A DNA stretch of 64,000 nucleotides from Cyanidioschyzon merolae (Eukaryota): assembly GCA_000091205.1 (NCBI GenBank), contig AP006499.2; one strand, given 5' to 3'. A program made the translations under genes and the position numbers. The notes beneath the pieces are model-generated. The model had not been told where the DNA came from, made no database searches, and saw only the letters and a program-made list of their open reading frames with translations. Below, in pieces: positions 1 through 10,000 of the stretch (the first letter of the stretch is position 1; each line of letters begins with the position of its first letter).

Positions 1-901
1 GCACATACTCACGCTTCTCACGGCATTGAATCATCTCAAGAAGCCACTTCGCTGCGCGCCCCTTGTCCCATTTGACTGCCGGTCGTAGTTCAAACACACA
101 TTTTCCGCGGGTTTTTCGGAGACCGTACTTGTACGCAATAGAATCCACAATTTTCTCGATTGTTGGCACATGCGCTGGGTCGCAGCGTCGATAATGGATC
201 GAAATCGAAAGAAGGTTATCCTCTATGCCGATGCCCCGAACAGCGTATCTCTCGGTAAGCAGCCGATCGACCTGACTCAGAAAACTTGGATCGAAAACAG
301 GCGGTGACGACGGCTCTGGCTGAATCGGCAGCGGAGGCAGCAACATGCTCCCCGGTGCTCCACAGTCGTCAATGTTACTGCACGCCATCTGCTTTGGAGC
401 CTGAACATTGGCGGTAACTGTTTCTTGTCCATCTACTCGCCGTTCGGGCTCAGGCAGATCCGATGCAGGCTCTTCGAGGCCGAAAATAGATCGCAAATGC
501 CTCGCGGCTTCACGTAGAACCGGTATGACTTCTTCCGCTATATGATAGCGGAAATATGCATCCTCTGGATCTTTAGTCTGCATCGCATCTGCAAGGGCGC
601 TGATCTCTCCATTCTCCAAAGAACTACCATTTGAAGGACGCGATTTTCGAAGAGGTACTTCTATGTCAAACCCATGCGAACCTGCATAGTATACGCCTTT
701 GATTCCAACAAGTTGTATAATTTTCTCCCGCGATCTACCTGTGACGATGGCGACGGGATATAGTCGCGCTAGCTCTTGTAAAATGCCGCGAACGCGCTCG
801 CCAAGCACAGCGCCATTTGGATCTTCTACGATGGCTGTTAACGTTCCATCATAGTCGAGGAGAAACGCGAACGTGTCTGCACGCTTTAAAAGACTATCCA
901 T
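1..901 (-). CDS. Trehalose-6-phosphate phosphatase (HAD-superfamily TPP domain) protein. N-terminal part only; the CDS runs off the left edge of the window, so it is absent from the ORF track.
   Basis: Reverse-complement translation starting at the ATG at 899-901 gives MDSLLKRADTFAFLLDYDGTLTAIVEDPNGAVLGERVRGILQELARLYPVAIVTGRSREKI...YYAGSHGFDIEVP...CVFELRPAVKWDKGRAAKWLLE. These match the TPP signature blocks: LDYDGTL (HAD motif I), VAIVTGRS, YAGSHG, and the ELRP...WDKG block. There is no stop codon before position 1. Confidence 0.75.
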   Translation of the reverse strand, partial: MDSLLKRADTFAFLLDYDGTLTAIVEDPNGAVLGERVRGILQELARLYPVAIVTGRSREKIIQLVGIKGVYYAGSHGFDIEVPLRKSRPSNGSSLENGEISALADAMQTKDPEDAYFRYHIAEEVIPVLREAARHLRSIFGLEEPASDLPEPERRVDGQETVTANVQAPKQMACSNIDDCGAPGSMLLPPLPIQPEPSSPPVFDPSFLSQVDRLLTERYAVRGIGIEDNLLSISIHYRRCDPAHVPTIEKIVDSIAYKYGLRKTRGKCVFELRPAVKWDKGRAAKWLLEMIQCREKREYV

Positions 902-3900
902 ATGGTCTAGAGCACTTGGTAGGGACTCAGCGCGTCTGCTGATTCGGGGACTTGGTCGACCTCTGTCGAAGCTCCGGGTAGGCTCCATGTTATTGCCAGA
1001 GGAACACACAAGCGCCTGTCCAGAATCAGCGAATACCTTTCGCAGAAGCACACAATTGAAGTCCAAACGTGTAGCGATTCGAAATTGGCACGAAAGCTCC
1101 ACCAGTTTCACAGGGCGCGCACAGTTCAGACGGGTGCTAGACGTGTTCCCAAATGCAAACGACTCGATGCGAGGCAACCGTTCTCAACGATGCCCCAGGT
1201 GTTCCTCACCGCGGATAGAGAAACAGAAGCACAGTTTGGAGACGGCTGCTCAAAAAATTGCTCTCTGACTCCGAACACCACGACGGTACGGCAGCGGGCA
1301 ATCGTAAAAACGTGCTTCCGGAACGTTCCCTTGCTTGCCGGAACTAAAATAGTGTAGCCCGCGGCACTGCGTACAGCGCAGCGTAGCGATCGTTGCGATG
1401 GCGAGCGGCTCGTCGATCTTGGTTGAAGCCGCGTTCCGCTCATTTTCGTGACTGCGACGGTGGCGGATGTTACGGCCATGGCCATAGCCATAGCCATAGT
1501 AAAAGAGCGCTCCACTCGTGCCAAATTACGCTGGAACACTAAAGTGCTTCCAGTTTTCCTGGGTCTCGAATTTTAGGCCCGCTTTTAAGTAAAAAGCGCC
1601 GAATTTCCGAGAACACCAACGAGATCTTACGGAGTCAAGCATAGCACTAGGAATCCCGGTCCTCGATTCAGCGTGGCTTCCTGGGTTTTGCCGCTGGAAT
1701 TCGTTGTATCACTGGACTCAAGATGCTTCACGACGCCCTCGAACTAGGGATGATTAACTTCCTGTTATCATTATCCTGTATATGAGTGCAAGCCTCCACA
1801 CGTTTCCTTACCATATGTCTAGCGTGCTCAAGTCATGCATTCTCCAGGATTTCCATATTTCTGGTTCGAGGGGATTCATAGGCGCAGCGATTTGAGCCAC
1901 TGGATTAAAGACGAAAAATACTTGAAGCTATTCGTTAAAACCCTGTTCATCATTCCATGCCGAAAGTTCAGAAAATGTGGCATATGGAAAGATCAGTACC
2001 ATTTGAAACACCTATCCGCCTCTCTTTGTGGTCATCCACGCAAAGTCATTCCATAGCAATACCTTAGCGCTCACGAGCTACGTTGCAAGAGGCTCCCGTC
2101 CCATTTGTTTACATGAAGAAGGGTCCTGGACTCGGGATTCACGCATCGAATTGATCGCTTGTCTTCGTATATTCATAACAGATTTGCACGATGGAGGCGT
2201 AGACAAATCGAAATTGTCGACTTTTCTCCAGCCTGGTTTTTCCTTCCGGTAGGGTTTCGTCATCGACAACATCGCGTTCCCAGTCCTCTGTCAGGTGGAG
2301 CAGCGTGCGCTTGGGCGTGCCGCAGACAGAATATTCTCCGAGGGCATCGCTCGGGGCAAGCCCGAGCTCCCAGGGTACGGCGCCATACGCGGAAGCGGAC
2401 GGGAGTTTGGATCGCATTCTTCTCCGCCTCTCGGGGCCATGTTCGGCGACTTGAAGCAATTTTTCACGCCCCATATAGCGACGTCTGGAGGCGACGTTTT
2501 GGTTGACGTATGGGAAAATCTTTCCAGTGCAAAATTTTACCGTTGCGAAGTACGCATCGAGGATGTACATGAAGAATACGAAAATGCAGTTGAACTGTAG
2601 ATCTCCTAACCAATTGTGGATGAAATCTGGCCAAAATAGCCGAAATGAGCGAAATCGGATCTTGAACGCCACCGCCAGCATCCTTCGACTGCTGAGAACG
2701 GAGCCGGAAGGGCAGGAGAGACCGGAGTTTTCAAATCCCGAGACCAGAAAGAGGAAGAGAAACAGTTGCACAAAATCCCATTTATGCTGGAGTTAATGAT
2801 CGCACGAAGAGATCGACACTCAATAGTGCAAGGTAGAGTGAGATAGATGAATTCGTCGCATGTTAGTCTAGCATGGGTGTATAGGATGTTAATCCCCGCT
2901 ACACAAGTGAGTTGAGATACTCGGCAAGGCGTCAGCTCTCCTAGATGCAGACGCGAGACGTGCATTTGGTTCGGAGAAAAACCAGCTTTGCACGAATCTT
3001 GCTTGGTACGCTTCAGGGAGTCGAGTTTTGATGCGAAGAGGCTAGGTTATAGTCAACTGACCTCAACAGATTATTGCATACATCTAGAAAGGAGATCGAA
3101 TGCAAAAGGGTCCTAACATGTTGAAAAACCCCGCAAGCTAGCATGCATCAAGATCATTCGGAGATCCTCTCTAGGACGTCAGTGTGGGGCGGTGCAAACC
3201 GAATTGCTATTCCTGATTTTTCTTTGTTTCTGTGCATTTTCACGGACTGCAGTCGCGTTACCATCATGGGAAGGCTCTAAAATCCGCAAACGCGAAACAA
3301 GCGTGCTGGCATTAAATGCGAACCTGATCCACAGCTATTGCTCTCGCCCTTGTCCAGGATTCCACCATGGATTTCGCACTTAACATATGTGATGTCACCG
3401 CCTTTTCTATCTCCTACATCAAAAAGCGAACTATGTACATATTTTTCATAACATTGATCAATTATAAAAACTTTCGAAGTTAAAATCGGAATTATATGCA
3501 TTTTGAATGCGTAGTTACGTGATGTTTTCGGGCAAGACTCTTCTAATGCAGAGATTGCCTTCCGGAATGGATGCATTTTTGTGAAGCTCGCGCATCAGTC
3601 CTCCCACTCGAAGGACTCGTAAACGGAGCCTTGGTTGTTTGGTCTCGTCTTTTTAGACGAGATCGCGCTGCGTAGACGATATTCGAACAGCATTTTGCGT
3701 GAAAGATCTGGTTATCGCAAGTACTTGTATCAGAAAGAGTAGAACGAGAGCTCCCTTGAGACTCAATTTTACCGACTGATACGTGTGGACTTCGCAATTC
3801 TTCCCTAAACTTTGGAATTTCATGAGGGAGTTAGCTAGATTGACGGGTTCTTGAAGAATAACGCCATCTGACCTCGATATGTGCCTGCTCCTACGGAAAC

Positions 3901-5121
3901 TTTCCACGTGTTCGTTTGTTTTGCGCAGATGCCATCGCGGAAGTCCCTCACCGTGGACAAAATCTCTTCCATGGCCAACGTCTTTTCTAATATTTTCGAT
4001 GATCCGTTACCAGAAATGGTACTTGGTGGAAGCGAACTGGTACCGTTCTGCTTTTCGCCGGCGAATACGGTCAGGCGATGGCAAATACTTCGTTGTGAAA
4101 GAGATTCCTCTGGTTCTAAATAGGATGACACGTCGTGTTATCGATCAGCACAGCCTGAATGAGCATACAGAACACCCGCAAAAGCAACTCCGAACGCGGT
4201 CTGAGGATTCAAGGCATGGTTATTCTGGGCGAAAACCGACAGCAGCGCAATTCACGATGTGAGGTACCAGTATTATTTTCTGAACAGAACAACTCGAATA
4301 TTACTGGTGATGATCTGTACATATCCAAGCAACCTCCGAGTCCTGACTCGCGCTCCAGTGCGATGCATCAGTTGGCGACGAAGACACTGGCCTCGCAAGC
4401 TTGTACGAATCGTTGGATTCTCGCTTCCAATCGGGTCTCAGTTGCCACACGATGAAATTATCGAGCTTCTGTGGCAATCTCCGCAGAGCCCGGGCATTGA
4501 TCGCGGAGGAATAGCAAGTGCTTTGTGATGAGGACGTTTTGGGCGGACCAGTAGCAGCGTTATCCACGCGAATTCTATTACGCTGAGCTATTCCGTTCAG
4601 CACAGTCTCATTTTCCCTCTCGTCTACAGTTTCGAAAGGGCTATCAGACATGGTTCCAAAGCCAGACGGCAATACACCTCGCACGTTGTGCTTCTCCCCG
4701 CCGTGGTTCACCAAGAAAAGCTGTTCGTTACTCTCTTCCAGTTTCAAAAGCGTATCAATGGAAACGTCGTTGCCCTCTTCGCAGATAGCAGCAGCCAACT
4801 CGGAAGCTAGCATGCTCCCGCTTTCGGCCTCCGAGTAAACTAGAAGGAGCATTTCGCTCATAAATTCGCTGCATTTGGCGCATTCAAGAAATTATAGCTG
4901 TGCAGCTCGCTTTTCTTGACAGCCAGTCTTGCCTCTGCAACAGTTTACAGATGCTGAGAATATGGTAGCACGATCCCGATATGGCGATTGTGTTCGATGC
5001 GACTTCGCCCAAACGCACTTTTCGGGATTTGTGTCGATGGGAACTATGCATGCAGCGCTCGTCTGGAAAAGCGCCGCGTTTGTGCCCTCGCACCCAAGGC
5101 AACACAGATGACGGACAAAGC

Positions 5122-5770
5122 TTTTAAAGTTTGACAGAACGTTTACATTGACTATTGATTCCAGGTTGTGGGATGGATATTGGCATTCGGGAAAGAGCCC
5201 ACCATGCTGCGCCCTGCTTCGAAGTTGCATCACGCAGACTTATTCTTGGATATACTGGTCGTTTCATGAGCTCCATCGTTCGCCGAGCCTGCCCTAGTGG
5301 CCCACGGTAGCGCCCATAGCGTTTGCGCGGATGCATCGCCGAGACAGAGCGGCTTTGCCATACCGCTGGAGGCGTCGGCTTGAGGCGTGGATCATCCGAC
5401 ACGGGATCGGGATTCATCGTCATAACGTGAGCCTGCGAGCTGCGCAGAAAGACACACTGCCTGCCGGAGCGGAACGCGATATGCTACGAGTCCACCGCGA
5501 CCAGGGCGACGCCCAGACACAGTATACCCGCTCCTAGTCCCAGAATAAAGTGCGTTGCGGACGAGCTGCTCGGGTCTCGCCGCATCACGACTCGATGCAG
5601 AGGCGTATGGAGCGTCTACCAGACAGACTCGTTAGGCTCTAGGGACATTCCGCATAGAAGGTAAACTTTCGAAAATACGGAAAACTTTGCTCCTTCCAAC
5701 GTTTACAGTAGAGGGAGAAAGAAAATTTAAAAAGTTGCTATTTAATGGTTAGTTTCGCTTCCTTTATGGG
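5122..5770 (+). repeat. Copy A of a non-coding dispersed repeat family, lacking the 5' ~200 bp module. Shares conserved blocks with copies at 25941-26585, 37474-38290 and 51131-51985.
   Basis: Conserved blocks read directly in the sequence: 'tgacagaacgtttacattg', 'ggatatactggtcgttt', 'gctcctagtcccagaataaagtgcgttgcggacgagctgctc', 'ggtaaactttcgaaaatacggaaaac', and 'gttgctatttaatggttagtttc'. No conserved ORF. Confidence 0.7.
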
Positions 5771-7051
5771 CGACGCTTTGTCGTCCATCATGCAGGATCG
5801 GTATATCGCACCAAACTCGCTAGGGGTGCACGGAGGCTGGCAATGCTCCAAGCAAGGATCGAGATCTCTCACGTTGTTATTCCTAGTGATACGACATACA
5901 TGACTCTAGGGAGTCTTGCTGGAACGCACCGACGATGTGCGGAATCTGTATATGGACTGAGTGCTCCTGCAAAGATCTCTCGTGACGCAGGATCGATGCG
6001 CTTAACCAGACGCGCCGAAAGTGTCGATGCTGACAGTTGCCGGGCCATGGAATCTACTCTCTATCGGCATTATTGCAGTTCCTAGTTCAAGAATATCCTC
6101 ATAATCAGCACCGGTATCGCCCGAGTCCTGTTTTTGTGTTGATTGTGATCCTCGAATGATAGAGAACAGGGCAGCCTCGTAAATTCTCGTGGCAGTACTT
6201 GGAACGATAATGGGGACATACGCTCGTGCGGGGATCACTGTACTGTAAGCTGGAGCCGAGTCGACCATCGGCATTCACATCGCTGTGTGTTTCGAACACA
6301 GCAGTCGGCAAACACCACGTCAGTGCACTTATATAAGTATCATTGTAAACTGTTATGACCAGTCGGCAGCTTCCAGATTTCGCAATTCGAACGCTGTCGG
6401 CACTCGAGCTTCAATTGAGCAGATGAACACGGAAAGCAGTTTCAGAGTTCACGCACGATACAGTTTAGAATCTGCACTCACAGAGGTTTCAGATTTTTGT
6501 AAATGGTACATTATGTGGATATTTCAGGTACCATTGAGCGGATGCGCATTCGAAACTGACCGAAGCAAGGCCTACTTGCAGCGAATCGCTGAATCTGACA
6601 CAAACGCACGCGGAGAACGAGCGTTGAAACTTAATCATCCGCAGATCACGTGCTTAACTGCCCCGAAAAAGCCCGAAACGTGGTCTGCTCCAGCAATGCC
6701 TGACCGAGAGTGTGCGGTCAGGCATATGCCAGGGTTCGATTAGAGCGAATCGATGGCATACAGAATTGTATCGAGTCGACGAGATTATATTCTATCCAGA
6801 AGAGCAAATAGGATTATAGACGCTTTAGCAACGAGTGATACCGGTCATCACCAGCTCCTATCTTTGAAATGAGGGTTCATTGTACTGAAAAAGAGGCAAA
6901 ACTCTACCCGCGGCTCTCGAACTGCGAGTGAAACATTTTCCAACGCTGTAGTCCGACATCGAAATAGTTGACCAGCATCGCGTTGCCGGCACTGCGTTCG
7001 CTTGCTGTGCACAGCTTATGAGTAGACGACAGCTACCGGTTTTGCACAGAA

Positions 7052-10000
7052 TTGGTAGGTCGATACTGCATGAGTGATCCGTTCCGAAACAAGCCAAATG
7101 CAAGAGCAACTGTTGAACAAGACGATTTGAAAGCAGTGAACGCTTTCTTCCGTACGCTTGGTCACGTCTCGTGCGATCCGAGTGCGATCGTTGACATCGG
7201 ACATTCGTTACTCTCTCTTCTAGAGAGTTCCCTGACAGACGTGGATTTAGAAAGTGACCTTTTCGATCTCATAGGGAATCCAGAGGTTGCCGCGGAGCTC
7301 CTCAAACTACGTCCAAGCGTTCAAAGGCACAGTAGCTCCATAAGAGCAGAACTAACTGGCAGCTATGGACGAGAACGAACAAAAAAGACGAAGCAGCAGA
7401 GTCCGGAGAAGTTTCTACCCAGTTCGAGTCTGAGCGGCTTACAATATTCTTCTCCCTTCGAAGCAAAAGGCAGAACTCGCACGGATAGTGCCACCCATGG
7501 CGGGGCGTTCAGGCAACGAGCTCCTTTTTTATCCGGCTCGGTTACCTCAACCACGTCCGCGACTGCAGACTCCATCCAAGAGCTCTCGCCAGACTTTCCC
7601 GGCAGCGACAATCCTTTCGTTGCTAAGCCTACATATCCCGCACCGAAATCAAGCAACATCGAGTTCCGGTCAGAGGAGCTTTATAAGGAAATCTTTGTAC
7701 CGCCACCGCAGCCTTGCTCTGCGGCCCAGCAGCGGTTGAAGGTTGCGGAATGTTTGGACCCTCCGTTGCGAAGAATTTTCGAGCACACAGAGCATTTCAA
7801 CCCTGTACAGAGCACCGTGTTTTCTGCGGTCTACCACACGAGCGAGAACCTGCTCATCTGTGCGCCAACCGGAGCTGGCAAGACAAATATCGCACTTCTG
7901 GCTATTGGGAGGGAGATTCTCCACCGAATGCATGAGCGTGCATGGCGTTGCGTGTATATCGCACCCATGCGTGCTCTGGCCTCGGAGATCGTGCGGAAGC
8001 TTGCGAACTCGCTGAGATCGCTATCCGTCGAAGTGTTGGAATACACCGGGGATACGAATCCGACGCTTCCTAGCTTGAGACGAAGTCAGGTGTTAGTGAC
8101 CACTCCCGAGAAATGGGACGTTCTCTCACGAAATAGTGCGCATTGGCAATCGGGGCTCGCTGCTTCGATTCGTTTGCTCGTCATTGATGAGATCCACCTT
8201 CTACACGATAATCGAGGTCCGGTACTCGAAGCTGTGGTTGCAAGAACGTTACGCTTAGCGGAAATTCAGCAAACGAGAGTTCGCATCGTCGGATTGTCAG
8301 CAACGCTGCCGAATTATGTGGATATCTCGGCGTTCCTCCGGGTGACTCCCGAAAAAGGGCTTTTTTACTTCGACGCTAGCTATCGACCTGTCCCCTTGGG
8401 TCAACGCCTCATTGGAATGCGAAAAAGGCGAGATCGAGGTTCCGAGTCTGCCCTTATCGAGGTCTGTTACGAAAAAGCTCGCTCATTCGTTACATGTGGG
8501 CACCAGGTCATCATCTTTGTCCACTCACGAAAGAAGACCAAACTCCTTGCCGAGGACCTGCTGAAGATGGCACGGGAGCGGAACGAGGCGTCTCTTTTCG
8601 TACAGTCAGAGCGCAGCCAAGATCAATTGCCTAGAACGATTCGATCAGCGGACCTGCGGATGCTCTTAATGCATGGCGTTGGTATTCACCACGCTGGTCT
8701 CGCTCGTTCAGATCGCATCGCGACCGAGACGCACTTCCGAGATGGGTCGATCACTTTGTTGGTAAGCACAGCCACTCTCGCATGGGGTGTCAATCTGCCT
8801 GCCAGGGCCGTCATCATCTACGGCACGAAAATCTATGATGCAAGTCGCGGGGGTTTTGTTGACATTGGCGTCCTCGATATTTTACAGATTTTCGGAAGAG
8901 CAGGTCGGCCGGAATACGACAGCTATGGAGAAGGAATCATACTGACGGAAGAGCAACGTCTTCCGTTTTTCTACCGACTCCTCAGCGTCCAGATGCCGAT
9001 CGAGAGTCAGATGTTGAACGGGTTCGCTCTTGTTGATCATCTGAATGCCGAAATCGCCACGGGGCACGTCACGTCGGAGCACGAAGCCCTGGCGTGGCTG
9101 GCATGTCTGTACCTTTCGGTACGCCTTGCCAAGAATCCACTTCATTATGGTATTGCTTGGGAAGACGTGCAGCGAGATCCAACGCTCTCAGCTTTTAAAT
9201 ATCAGCTGCTGAAGAAATCGATTGATGCTCTTGTTATAGCGGGCCTCGTTTCTGTTGATAGCGAGCTGTCGCAGCTGGAACCAACAGACTGGGGCATCGT
9301 AGCGAGTAGATTTTACGTATCGCACCAAACGATGCAGATCTTCAAAGAGAATCTGAGACAGGATGCGTCTGCGAGTCAAGTGATTCGATGCATCAGCTCG
9401 TCATCAGAATTCGAAAATTTGGCCTTACGAGAAGAAGAAATCCCTGAACTGGAAACCCTCTATGCTGACGCCTGCCCATATGAATATCCGCGGCATGCAA
9501 ACATCGCGATTAGATCCAAATTAGAGGATGAGTCGGAATATTTCTTGAATGGCTACACAGGCAAGGTATACATTCTTCTTCAGTCATATATATCACGAGC
9601 TACTGTGCATGATTTTGCATTGCTTTCAGACATGCGATATATCGAGGAGTCAGCAACAAGACTCTTCGGTGCAGTATTTGAGATTGCTCTCCGTCAAGGC
9701 TGGCCTGAACTTGCTCGAAACGCCAGTGAGTTGGCGCGAGCCGTTGAGCGACGTCTCTGGCCTTTTGAACATCCCCTTACACAAATGCAGAACGTTCAAG
9801 CCTCTGTTGTGGACCTTATCAAGAACAGGAATATACCGCATGATATTCAGATTTTGCGAAGACTATCGAACGAGCAATGGACGGATTTACTTGGTTCACC
9901 TTCTCACGTGCAAATCATGGCAGAAATAGTGTCGGAGTTTCCGTACTTAGAGGTATCTGGTCACCTGTCCGCGCTGGCGGAGCAGCTCTTTCGTATCCAA

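Noticed and set aside
1126-1539. 137-aa minus-strand ORF containing 'MAMAMAMAV'.
   Set aside because: It is generated by the (GCCATR)n microsatellite around 1478-1500. It has no coding features and lies in the promoter region of the TPP gene.
2139-2771. 210-aa minus-strand ORF in the 0.9-7 kb gene-poor stretch.
   Set aside because: Its N-terminal part is simply one strand of the 2640-2770 copy of the 'ILRLLxTELEG' repeat, which is also seen at 17.8 and 30.9 kb. There is no homology and no conserved frame between copies.
4301-4861. 186-aa (4301-4861, minus) and 196-aa (20024-20614, plus) ORFs in otherwise empty intergenic DNA.
   Set aside because: No recognisable domain, and I could not support them from sequence alone. 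They may be real lineage-specific genes, and transcript data would be needed.
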